Assembly: GCA_016188575.1 (NCBI GenBank)
Contig: JACPHN010000012.1
Coordinates: 8,197-72,196, forward strand
DNA: 64,000 bases
Direction of reading: 5' to 3'
From: Candidatus Schekmanbacteria bacterium
GTDB taxonomy: Bacteria; CSSED10-310; JACPHN01
A program made the position numbers and the translations under genes. The notes below the pieces were generated by a model that was given only the letters and a program-made list of their open reading frames with translations, was not told the DNA's origin and made no database searches. Positions within the stretch are counted from its first letter, which is position 1. Every line of letters begins with the position of its first letter. Shown piece after piece: positions 1 to 8,664 of the stretch.

Positions 1-1187
1 CGCTCGACCGTTTCCGGACCGTGCTCCGCGCAGCGCTCGGCAAGCTCTTCCAGAGGGCGGCGAAACGCCTCCAGAGCGGACCCGGCGCTGGCCGCACCGG
101 CGCTCGCTCCGGCGGGCGGCGGCGAACAGTCGCCAACCAAGACCAGCAGACCCTGCTTTGTGGCTTCACGGGAAAGCTCGAGCGCCAGGCGCGTCTTGCC
201 GAGACCGCTCTCGCCCTCCAGGATCACGATGCCGCCACGTCCTTTCGTTGCCGAGGCAAGCGCCGAGTGCAAGGTCGCCAGCTCCGTCTCGCGTCCGGAG
301 ATTGCGGATCGCAGCAAGAAGCTCCGTGGGCTGGGCGACGCCCTGGTGGCAGGCGGGCGCGCGCCTAGCTCGACAAGCCTTTCTGCAACGTCCGCAGCAT
401 ATCCAGGCCGCTGATCCGGCTCCTTCGCCAGCAACGCGAGCAGCAGGGCGTCCAGTTCGGAGGGCAGGCACGGGTCAAGCGACGATGGCACCGGCGCAAC
501 TCCCCTGAGATGACCGCGTATGACCTCCCCAATCGTCGCTCCGCAGAACGGGGGTCGCCCTGTCAGCATCTCAAAAGCCACGCAGCCAAGCGAGTAGAGG
601 TCCGCGCGTGAGTCGACCAGCTCGCCGCGAATCTGCTCGGGTGACATGTAGCGAATGGTGCCGACGACTACACCGGCAAGCTCGAGATCTTCCTGACCCA
701 GGCGCCCCGAAAAGGACGTGGACAGCCCGAAGTCCACGAGCACCGGACTGCCGTCGAGCCGCACCAGGATATTCTCGGGCTTGAGGTCGCGATGCACCAG
801 GCCTTCACCATGCAAGTAGGCCAGCGTTTCGGCGAGCCGCATGACGATCCCCGTAATCCCTGCAATCCTCGCGGCGGCGGTTCTCTCCGTAGCGCGAACA
901 AGCGCGCAGTGATCGCGCAGGTCCCGCCCGTTCACATGCTCCATGGCATACCAGTGCACACCGCCGTCCATCCCGTGATCGATCACGCGAACGATTCCAG
1001 GATGGGAGAGTCTGGCGAGCGCGCGAATCTCCCGGCGAATCGCCGTCGTTTTCGCGGCGCCACAAGCAACCACGGTCTTGATGGCCACAGGTTCCGAATC
1101 GCTGTCGCGGCGGGCAAGATAGACGACGCCCTCGCCCCCGCGGCCGAGCGGGCGCACAACGGCATAAGGGCCAACAGTTTGCAACAT
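1..1187 (-). CDS. Ser/Thr protein kinase fused to an AAA/STAND-type NTPase region (N-terminal part; gene continues past window start)
   Basis: Reverse-strand frame starting at ATG 1185-1187 gives Hanks kinase motifs HRDLKPENIL, DFGLS, MSPEQIRG. Further downstream (about plus coordinates 160-250) there is a Walker-A GESGLGKTRL. No stop before the window edge, so the ORF is absent from the complete-ORF track. Confidence 0.8.
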   Translation of the reverse strand, partial: MLQTVGPYAVVRPLGRGGEGVVYLARRDSDSEPVAIKTVVACGAAKTTAIRREIRALARLSHPGIVRVIDHGMDGGVHWYAMEHVNGRDLRDHCALVRATERTAAARIAGITGIVMRLAETLAYLHGEGLVHRDLKPENILVRLDGSPVLVDFGLSTSFSGRLGQEDLELAGVVVGTIRYMSPEQIRGELVDSRADLYSLGCVAFEMLTGRPPFCGATIGEVIRGHLRGVAPVPSSLDPCLPSELDALLLALLAKEPDQRPGYAADVAERLVELGARPPATRASPSPRSFLLRSAISGRETELATLHSALASATKGRGGIVILEGESGLGKTRLALELSREATKQGLLVLVGDCSPPPAGASAGAASAGSALEAFRRPLEELAERCAEHGPETVE

Positions 1188-1523
1188 GATGGGTAATGAT
1201 AGCCCAAGTCACGGATCGCTACCGCCTACCCGTGCGCTCGTCGCGTGAGCGGCGGGAGCAGCACCACGGTCGCGACGTGGCGTGCCACTGGTATTTCTCG
1301 GAAAGAGCCGGTATCATGGTTGACGTGGGGTGCCGCGCGGCCCGTGGTTTCGGAGGGGCAGGATGCGGGTGATCGAGCACCATATCCTGGTCTTGTGCGC
1401 CGGGCAGGCCGTGGGCGCGGACGCCGCTGCCGCTATGATGGGCTCCGCGGGCGGCCAGGCTCAGAGTGTCGGCTGGCCACCGCGAAACGGGGCGATCTTT
1501 CAGTTCTCAGCGAGAGGGAGAGC

Positions 1524-2891
1524 ATGTGGGGACGTAGCGCACTTGTAATTTCTATTGGTTTCCTTTTGTTCCTGTCCGCCGTTAGAAACCTGGACGCCGC
1601 TCCTCTCGACGCCCGGTTCACCTACCAGGGGTACCTCACGGACGGCGGCCTCGCCGCCAACGGAGCCTACGATCTGACGTTTTCGCTGTTCGACGCGAGC
1701 GCGGACGGGAACCAGATCGCTTCCACCGTCACCGTGGCCGATGTGACCGTCACAAATGGCACCTTCTCGACGGCGCTCGATTTCGGCGCCGGCGCGTTCA
1801 CGGGTGATGAGCGCTTCCTGGAAATCGCCGTCAGACAGGGCGCAAGCTCGGGAGCATACACCCCACTTTCGCCGCGCCATCGACTGGATGCCACGCCCCA
1901 CGCTCAGTTTGCCATCTCGGCCAACAGTGTGCCGTGGAGCGGCGTATCCGGCGTGCCAGCGGACCTGGCCGACGGTGACAATGACACGACCTACGCCGCT
2001 GGCCAGGGGTTGGCTCTGTCCGCAGGTGAGCTCAGCGCGTCGTTCGGCGGCACCGGCAGCGCGACCTCCGTGGCGCGCAGTGACCACGACCACGCCGGTA
2101 CCTACGCGGACTCCGGTCACGATCACGACGCGAGCTACTACACGGAGACCGAGCTCAACACCAGTGGAGCTGGAGGCCAGGTGCACTGGAACAATCTCAC
2201 CAGCGTGCCGTCCGGCCTTGCCGACGGCGACCAGGACACCACGTATTCGGCGGGCAACGGACTGACTTTGACCGGCACGACGTTCGCCGTCAGCTTTGCC
2301 GGCACCGGCGCCGCCACTACTGCCGCGCGCAGCGACCACGACCACAACTCCAGCTACTATACGGAGTCCGAGTCCGATTCACGCTTTGTCAACGCGACCG
2401 GCGACACCATGACGGGTAACCTCACGGTTCCAAAGGTGGCCTATTCCACTCCCCGCACGTGCTACTTTTCCGTCAGCGGTGAGCACTTCGTCACGTGGAC
2501 GAATTCCAACTACAGCAGTGGCGGTGGGAACGGCGGCGCGAACGGCCTGACGGGCCAGGATCACCTCGTCGCCGCGGCAAGCTTCCCGCAAGGTGCGGTG
2601 ATAACACAGCTCAAGCTCTACTACTACGATACGAGCGCTAATAATAATTTGACTGGTCGTCTGCTGTGCCTCTATTTTACAGGAGGGTACTCAATCCCAG
2701 CCACTGCTTATAGCTCAGGCTCCACTGGCTATGGTTCAAGCAGTACTGCGGCACCTTATACTATAGATAACACTGTACAGGCATGCTCCGTCGATGTTTT
2801 TCCTACCAGCGGAAACTGGGATGATGGAGGGAGCTATTCTCTAAAAGTCATGGGCGCCGTCATTACGTATACTGTATCCGAGGCGGACTAG
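1524..2891 (+). CDS. secreted tail-fibre-like repeat protein (hypothetical)
   Basis: Track ORF 1245..2891. The most plausible start is ATG 1524, preceded by GAGAGGGAGAG and giving a signal peptide MWGRSALVISIGFLLFLSAV. Two ~45-aa tandem repeats (LADGDxDTTYxAGxGLxL..SFxGTGxA..ARSDHDH..YYTExE). A GDTMTGNL motif like those of phage tail-fibre/receptor-binding proteins. The last ~260 nt (2630-2891) are AT-rich versus the rest of the gene. Confidence 0.6.
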   Translation: MWGRSALVISIGFLLFLSAVRNLDAAPLDARFTYQGYLTDGGLAANGAYDLTFSLFDASADGNQIASTVTVADVTVTNGTFSTALDFGAGAFTGDERFLEIAVRQGASSGAYTPLSPRHRLDATPHAQFAISANSVPWSGVSGVPADLADGDNDTTYAAGQGLALSAGELSASFGGTGSATSVARSDHDHAGTYADSGHDHDASYYTETELNTSGAGGQVHWNNLTSVPSGLADGDQDTTYSAGNGLTLTGTTFAVSFAGTGAATTAARSDHDHNSSYYTESESDSRFVNATGDTMTGNLTVPKVAYSTPRTCYFSVSGEHFVTWTNSNYSSGGGNGGANGLTGQDHLVAAASFPQGAVITQLKLYYYDTSANNNLTGRLLCLYFTGGYSIPATAYSSGSTGYGSSSTAAPYTIDNTVQACSVDVFPTSGNWDDGGSYSLKVMGAVITYTVSEAD

Positions 2892-2996
2892 GCAATTCTT
2901 GAAGGCATTAACGAGGACGATGGTTACGGCTGAGCCCTGCCGTGACCATCCTTTCTGAAGTCGCTTGCTGAGTAGGGCGAGTAAGGAGGCTGAGCA

Positions 2997-3530
2997 ATGA
3001 AGAGCTCACGAAATTTCCCGTCAGTGTTACTTGTGCTGAGTGTTTTTCTGGCTGTTGCCGCCGCGGCTACTGCTTTTGCATCCGACACTACGGAGATCAA
3101 GACTGATCAGGGTGCGCAGGTGCAGGTGTCGGAGGATGGAAGCGTAAATCTCAGCGCCGGTGGGAACCAGGTCAAAGTGGACGCTGGAAGCGTCGAATTG
3201 TCCGGCGATAGCGAGGCTCCGGCGACCAGCACGGGCGCGGGCGCAACTCTGGCCATCGACGGCACGGGCAAGAAAATCGTCCATACATGTGACGCAACTC
3301 ACGCTCGGGCGATCGAGCTGTCGGGCTCAGGTCAGGCCCTCGAGCTCAAAGGCGAGTGTGAGCGGCTTGAAGTTTCGGGCACCAACAACACAGTGACCGC
3401 GGAGGCGCTGGGCGCGATCGAAGTGTCCGGAGTCGCCAACAAGGTCGCCTACAAGAAGGGCCTGGCGGAAAAGCTGCCGAAGATCGAGCAGTCCGGCTTG
3501 AATAACTCAGTGACGCAAATCACGGAGTAG
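2997..3530 (+). CDS. secreted DUF3060-like repeat protein
   Basis: GTAAGGAGG RBS 7 nt before ATG 2997. Signal peptide MKSSRNFPSVLLVLSVFLAVAAAATAFA. Repeated NxV..SG..NxV beta-strand repeats typical of DUF3060. Confidence 0.65.
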   Translation: MKSSRNFPSVLLVLSVFLAVAAAATAFASDTTEIKTDQGAQVQVSEDGSVNLSAGGNQVKVDAGSVELSGDSEAPATSTGAGATLAIDGTGKKIVHTCDATHARAIELSGSGQALELKGECERLEVSGTNNTVTAEALGAIEVSGVANKVAYKKGLAEKLPKIEQSGLNNSVTQITE

Positions 3531-3624
3531 CGCCGCCGGCGGCACTGCGACCTGCGCACGGTCGCGAGGACGCTGGCAAGCAGAGGTGGAGACGGCGAGT
3601 CGTCCCGGCGCAGCAGGCGCGGGA

Positions 3625-4797
3625 TCACTCGTCGAATTCGTGGCCGTCCACTTCCACTCCCGTGGCCAGCCATCGCTTGGCCGCCTCGCGGCCTGCTTCA
3701 TACATGGCTGTCATCGCCTCTCGCTCGAAGTAGAGATACGATCCGGCGTCGAATAGATAACCGGGTCGCGGGCGAATCTCGCGGAAAAGATTAACGCGAT
3801 CGAGGCTTAGCTCGGGAACCAGCGCCGCCAGTGCGTTTCGGTCCAGCAATAGCTTCCGATCGATATTGTACGCGTTTTCCAGAAACGCATCCGCCAGGCG
3901 CTCAATGGCCCCGCCGAAGGTTGCCAGCGAGTCGCCGTTCTTGTGCTCGCGAACTGTGACCAGTACGGGGACGATACGCCGGGCGCCGAGCGATACCGCC
4001 GGGGCCAGCGGGGTATTCACCAGGAGGCCGCCATCCCAAAGCTCCCGCCGGCCAATCCTTACGGGATTGAAGAGAACCGGAATCGAGGCACTTGCAATGA
4101 TCATGTCGAGCGAGATCGTTGGGCTGTAGAGGTAGTGCCGGGCAGCGGCCGCATCGCGTTTCTTGGGCGGGTAGTTGACGATGCGGACGACGCCGCCGTC
4201 TTTGGCGTCCACCGTGTTGATGGCCAGTCGTGTCGTCGTTTGCTTCAGCTCAGGAGCGCCAATGGCGCGCTGCAACCGAATCCGCAGCTCATCCGTATTG
4301 AACAGGTACGAAGCGCGGATGTGCTCGAGAATGAAGCTGATCGTGTCGAAGCGCGCCGTCATGAGATATTGGAGCAGCAGCGCGCAACACTCGCTCGGCA
4401 AGTACCATCGGTGCTTCGCGAACAGCCGGCGCAGAATCGATATCTCGCGGGCACGCTTGCTGAGCGGGCGCGTGGGTTCGATGAGCAAGACCTCCTTCAG
4501 CGCTTGGAGGAGGGTGGCGAAGAAGGAGTGATTGGCGATCACCGGCGGGTCGTCGGCCAGCTCAAGCCAGAAGCTCAGCATCTGGTCCGGATCAAGGCCG
4601 GCGGCGATAAGCGCGCCGTTCAGGGCTCCGGCCGAGGTCCCACTCACCACTTCAGGCGCCCTCTCCAGACCCCGGGGATCGCGGCGCAAGACTTCGTACA
4701 CGCCGACCTGAAACGCCCCCCGTGCGCCACCACCGGACAAGACCAGACCGATCGGCTGGTCTTCGTTTGCTCGCAAGTCCACATCCGCCTGGCGCAT
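3625..4797 (-). CDS. patatin-like phospholipase
   Basis: Oxyanion GGGARG, nucleophile elbow GTSAG and catalytic DGG motif in track ORF 3625..4869. The start is placed at ATG 4795-4797 (MRQADVDL), which has GGAGGAGG upstream. Confidence 0.8.
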   Translation of the reverse strand: MRQADVDLRANEDQPIGLVLSGGGARGAFQVGVYEVLRRDPRGLERAPEVVSGTSAGALNGALIAAGLDPDQMLSFWLELADDPPVIANHSFFATLLQALKEVLLIEPTRPLSKRAREISILRRLFAKHRWYLPSECCALLLQYLMTARFDTISFILEHIRASYLFNTDELRIRLQRAIGAPELKQTTTRLAINTVDAKDGGVVRIVNYPPKKRDAAAARHYLYSPTISLDMIIASASIPVLFNPVRIGRRELWDGGLLVNTPLAPAVSLGARRIVPVLVTVREHKNGDSLATFGGAIERLADAFLENAYNIDRKLLLDRNALAALVPELSLDRVNLFREIRPRPGYLFDAGSYLYFEREAMTAMYEAGREAAKRWLATGVEVDGHEFDE

Positions 4798-4974
4798 CCG
4801 TTGTGCCTCCTCCGCTTCTCTGCCCAACCGTGGGAACGCCACCTCAGCCGCACTGTATATACCGCGCACCTCGGACCCAGCCGTCTACGATACATCGCCG
4901 CGCCGCTCCCGGCAAGGAGGCTTGGCGGCGATCATGGTCGCGCCAAGCAGCGCGGTTGTCGCAAAGCCGTGGAG

Positions 4975-5235
4975 TCAGGCCACCGTCAAGACCGGCCGCG
5001 CATTGCGCCAGTACCCGCAGACGACGCGGTCGCAATATGCCACGTGGGTCTCTCCGCTCGCGTCGCGCGCGACGGCCAGAATGCTTACCCCGCACGCGGG
5101 GCACCGCTCGGTGGATGCGAGGCCGCTCGCGCCGGTGCGCGCGGCGTGCTCGAGCGATAGCCTCCAGAAGTACTGAATCCGCAGGCGGTTCAGCGTCCTC
5201 GCTTCGAATAGGCTTCGTTGTGAGTATCGCACCAT
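4975..5235 (-). CDS. possible small Cys-containing protein (CPAC..C..C), very tentative
   Basis: 86-codon frame MVRYSQ..CPACGVSILAVARDASGETHVAYCDRVVCGYW in the gap between the patatin and EF-hand genes. No clear RBS. Confidence 0.2.
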   Translation of the reverse strand: MVRYSQRSLFEARTLNRLRIQYFWRLSLEHAARTGASGLASTERCPACGVSILAVARDASGETHVAYCDRVVCGYWRNARPVLTVA

Positions 5236-5335
5236 CGTTTTCGAACCGGACTTGCTGCAGAGGCCGGCAAAAGCGTAGCATTGCTGGGCACACGAAATCC
5301 AGCCGGCCACGCGACCGTCACCGGCTGGCAGCAGC

Positions 5336-6400
5336 CTAGATGGAGGAGGGGGCATGCAGACTCCGCCGCTTTGCAATCTGTGTGACCGCGGCGTACCATT
5401 CTGACCACGAGAGCGTGCGATTCGCGACACTCGCGCCGCGCTGATCGGTGTCAACGGCATCCAGGGCAAGCCGCGCCGCCAATTGGGCCACGAGCTCTCG
5501 ATGAGCGACCTTGGTGGGAAGCTGTCGATGGGCACTGTCGCGAAGCTCCTTGAACGAGAGGCGGCCGTCTCGATTCGCCGCATCGATCCGGTCGAACTGG
5601 CGCCGCGCCGCCGCACGCACCTGCTCAACGGAGGATGTCTTCCCAACTCCGGGCGCCAGCGTTTGCAGGATGCGTAGCTCAAACGTTTGAAATTCGTTCC
5701 AGGTGACCCGGCCGTCGCCGTTCTTGTCCAGCTCTTTCAGCAGCGCCGCCGCCGCGCCATCCAACTTCTTCCCGCGAAACCATTCTCCCTCAGCGAAGCG
5801 AAGATCTCGATCGAGATACCGGCGCAGCTCGGCAAGGCCAAAGGTCTGATTTGCGGTTTTCGCTCCGCGCGAGCCGGCCCCAAGAATCCTGTTGAAAACT
5901 CGTCCTACTGGACCATTGACGGACTGTCCGGGATTGGTCGTGGCACAGTTTCCACTCACCGATTGAGGCTCCCCAGCGCTTTCGGGTGCTCTGGCGGGCT
6001 CGCCGCTGGCTGGTGTCGAGCCGGAGCTTTCCTTCTCGAGCCGCGACCCGGCCACCGGCGTGGGGCGTGAGGACCGGGCTGCCAGGGCGCTGACATCGAC
6101 AGCATGCCGCTGGGCGGCTGCGTTCGCAGCGGCCCCGTGCGGCCTGCCAACAGCAGTGAGCAGCCCAAGCTGCTCTCGCTGCTGAGGGAGCGCAGCGTCC
6201 TCCCTGATCAGCTCCACGCCGGCGGCGGTGAGTGGCGCGATGCCCCTGATGGGCTCCGGCGACACGGGTTCCTCGCCAATACGATGATAGTAGTGTCCTG
6301 CGGCAGTGATGGCACGAGTGATCATCTTCATGCTCCGTGGTGATGACAGTTTGCTCGCGGTTTCTGGGGGGATTACGACAGAGGTCGGTGGCGTATTCAC
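5336..6400 (-). CDS. EF-hand calcium-binding domain protein
   Basis: Canonical EF-hand loop DKNGDGRVTWNEF plus a degenerate second one (DAANRDGRLSFKEL). Long low-complexity N-terminal region. The start is uncertain (ATG alternatives near 6331/6325). Confidence 0.55.
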   Translation of the reverse strand: MNTPPTSVVIPPETASKLSSPRSMKMITRAITAAGHYYHRIGEEPVSPEPIRGIAPLTAAGVELIREDAALPQQREQLGLLTAVGRPHGAAANAAAQRHAVDVSALAARSSRPTPVAGSRLEKESSGSTPASGEPARAPESAGEPQSVSGNCATTNPGQSVNGPVGRVFNRILGAGSRGAKTANQTFGLAELRRYLDRDLRFAEGEWFRGKKLDGAAAALLKELDKNGDGRVTWNEFQTFELRILQTLAPGVGKTSSVEQVRAAARRQFDRIDAANRDGRLSFKELRDSAHRQLPTKVAHRELVAQLAARLALDAVDTDQRGASVANRTLSWSEWYAAVTQIAKRRSLHAPSSI

Positions 6401-6505
6401 AGGGTCGCGTCTTGGTCAGCGACACTCAGGGCCGAGGCAATGGACAGACGCTTGACTTCGGCCGCAGGCAAGCCATACGAATGGCCAGCAAGGTGACGCG
6501 ACCTC

Positions 6506-7132
6506 GTGTCTGCCCCCCTTTTTTCCGGAAGTGCAATGGTTCGCGGTGGTTTCATGGAAACGCAGTGGAAATGTGGACGTGTACATATCCTGGCGGCCAT
6601 AGCAGCGGCACTTGCCGCCGCGGCGCTCATGACCCCGGAACCGGAGCAGAGCGCGCTGACGGCGTGGTTTTTCCCGGGTGCCCCCGGCGCCAGCGCATCT
6701 CCTTCCGCTCGGCGCGTTTCCGGCTCCGCTGGCTACCGGGAGCTGCGCGGCGCGCTACTGGCGCAACTTGATCGGCTACCGGTCAAGGAGCAGGACGGTA
6801 GCGAGCGACCTGTCGTGCTGAGCCCGACCGCGATCGCCGGCGATTACGTCGGCGTTGTCGCGCCGCCGCTGAGCGGCCAGACTGCGCAGCAGCAGCTCGA
6901 GGCACTGGATGAGATGACCGCTGCACCGATCGAGAAGCTCATTTCGCTGTTTCCGGATCTGCGCGAGTCGGGTGACGGCACCGCGGCCGACCGCGAAGTG
7001 ATGGCGCGAGCGCGGGTAGCGGCTCTCGTAGCGTTGCTCGAGCTTGACGGCCACCGCACCCGGGCGGCGCGGGCAAGTGGCTTCGAGCCGCGCGAAGCCG
7101 TAGCCGGCACCGGCAACTCCCCGCCGCAATAA
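6506..7132 (+). CDS. hypothetical protein with N-terminal hydrophobic/signal segment
   Basis: Track ORF. Hydrophobic stretch RVHILAAIAAALAAAALM near the N-terminus. No recognisable domain. Alternative starts at 6536/6554. Confidence 0.4.
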   Translation: MSAPLFSGSAMVRGGFMETQWKCGRVHILAAIAAALAAAALMTPEPEQSALTAWFFPGAPGASASPSARRVSGSAGYRELRGALLAQLDRLPVKEQDGSERPVVLSPTAIAGDYVGVVAPPLSGQTAQQQLEALDEMTAAPIEKLISLFPDLRESGDGTAADREVMARARVAALVALLELDGHRTRAARASGFEPREAVAGTGNSPPQ

Positions 7133-7179
7133 GGCCAATGGCGCCAGCGCGCCGCCTTGGCGGGCGATCGGAAGGCTCC

Positions 7180-7325
7180 CGGATTCGTCACCTGCAGGCT
7201 GTGCGAAAAGCACATCACGAAGACGCCGCACCTCACCTCCCCCCGCACGCGGAGGGAGGGTGGGGGGCGCTGAGGCGCAGATGCGGACCGGCGGTGGATC
7301 CAGGGAGCTTCGGGTCTCCTTGACA
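7180..7325 (+). repeat. copy A of a ~140-bp dispersed repeat (hairpin core CCTCCCCCC..GGAGGGAGGG); its 3' end supplies the TTGACA -35 box
   Basis: Shares CATCA(C/A)GAAGAC(G/T)CC, CTCACCTCC..GCGG(A/G)GAGGG and GGCGGTGGAT blocks with the copies at 32008-32150 and 41791-41955. Confidence 0.7.
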
Positions 7326-7348
7326 CCAGCCTCATCCGGTGGTATAAT
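7320..7348 (+). promoter_or_regulatory. consensus sigma70-type promoter (TTGACA-17 nt-TATAAT)
   Basis: TTGACA at 7320-7325, a 17-nt spacer, TATAAT at 7343-7348. It sits ~200 bp upstream of rsgA and ~70 bp upstream of the leader ORF. Confidence 0.55.
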
Positions 7349-7420
7349 CGAGTTTATTCTCGCGTAGCTTTCATCTGCTACGCCCCGCATGACCTCATAC
7401 CTCGGGAAAGGAGGCTGTTT

Positions 7421-7480
7421 ATGGTGCGCAGAGAATATGCAGGATTCGCCCCCAGCCTCGTATCGAGGTCGGTGCGCTAA
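7421..7480 (+). CDS. 19-codon leader ORF (MVRREYAGFAPSLVSRSVR) in the rsgA 5' leader
   Basis: AAGGAGG (7408-7414) 6 nt before ATG 7421; TAA at 7478-7480. Flanked by hairpins at 7362-7383 (gcgtagc-N8-gctacgc) and 7494-7510 (cccac-N7-gtggg). Confidence 0.3.
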   Translation: MVRREYAGFAPSLVSRSVR

Positions 7481-7549
7481 CCGGGGTCTTGCGCCCACTG
7501 ATGCGGTGGGAATACACATTCCGGTTCGCGGCTCCGGCTTTCGCCATTC

Positions 7550-8664
7550 ATGACATGTTCGCTGAACCGGAGTGTACTCGAATTGGATCTCACCAATCTG
7601 GGCTGGTGCCCGCAGTTTTGCTCGCAGTTCGACACCTTTCGCGCTGAAGGATTCCTCCCGGCGCGGATTGGGTGTGAGTATCAGCACATCTACACCATTT
7701 TCAGTGACGCCGGCATCCTCTCCGCGCGCGTCTCGGGCCGCTTCCGTCATCGCGCCGATGATCGCTCGGATTTTCCCGTAGTCGGCGATTGGGTTGCGGT
7801 CGAGCTCTCGAGCCTCCGCGATCAAGCAACCATCCATGCGACTCTACCGCGGCGAACTTCCGTTTGCCGAAAAGTCGCGCCGGCAACGTGACCGATCGCC
7901 AGGTCATCGTCGCCAACATCGACGTGCTTTTCATCGTCTGCGCACTCGACTTCGACTTCAACATCAGAAGGATCGAGCGATATCTCGCCGTTGCCCGCGA
8001 AAGTGGCGCCGAGCCTGTCGTCGTCCTCAACAAGGCCGACCTCGTCGCCGACCCGGCCGCATTCGTGCAAAAGGTCTCGCAGACCGCTCCCGAAGCGCCG
8101 GTTCTCGTCATGTCCGCCCTGGAGGGAGCGGGAATCGACCAGCTTGGTCACTACTTGAGCCGTGGCAAGACCGGTGCTCTGCTCGGATCGTCGGGCGTTG
8201 GAAAATCGACCATCCTCAACAGCATGATGGGGCTGGAGCTTCAGGAAACCAACTCCGTGCGGAGCTCGGATGGGCGCGGCCGCCACACCACCACGTCGCG
8301 CGCCCTCGTGCCCTTGCAAAACGGCGGTGCCATCATCGACAACCCGGGCATGCGGGAAGTTCAAGTGTGGTGCGAAGACGAGAGCATAGACGCCGTCTTC
8401 GACGACATCGAGGCGCTCTCCGAGGACTGTCGATTCAGCGATTGCTCGCATACTGTCGAACCGGGGTGCGCGATTCTCGCCGCCGTGGGCGCCGGAGCAA
8501 TCGATGGGGAACGCCTCGGGAACTATCGGAAACTCCAGCGCGAAGCGGCGTTCCTGGCACGCCGCCAGGACCAGCGCGCAAGGCTGGACGAAAAAAGGCG
8601 TGTCAAGCAGATCACCAAGCGGTTCGAGCGCCGAGCTCGATCGGCCAACCGGGGCGGCGCGTAA
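7550..8664 (+). pseudogene. rsgA: ribosome small-subunit-dependent GTPase A (RsgA/YjeQ), interrupted by an apparent 1-nt frameshift near 7876-7882 (or a sequencing error)
   Basis: OB-fold N-terminus (CEYQHIYTIF..RVSGRFRH..PVVGDWV) in frame 7550..7891. Circularly permuted GTPase motifs (LNKADL, GSSGVGKSTILN, DNPG) and a Cys/His zinc finger (CRFSDCSH..C) in frame 7789..8664. The frames would join as ..RKVAPGNVTDRQVIVANID if one extra G is assumed in gcgccggcaac. Confidence 0.75.

Noticed and set aside
1500-2345. 281-aa minus-strand ORF antisense to the tail-fibre-like gene
   Set aside because: Arg/Gly-rich, overlaps a better-supported gene with a signal peptide and repeats. A typical spurious antisense ORF in high-GC DNA. 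The same judgement applies to 12605..13471(-), 53061..54227(-), 55550..56536(+), 47470..49374(+), 49489..51261(+) and similar track ORFs.
3625-4869. Patatin as a CBASS/defence effector
   Set aside because: No cyclase, STING/SAVED, TIR or other defence partner genes adjacent. Neighbours are an EF-hand protein and secreted proteins.
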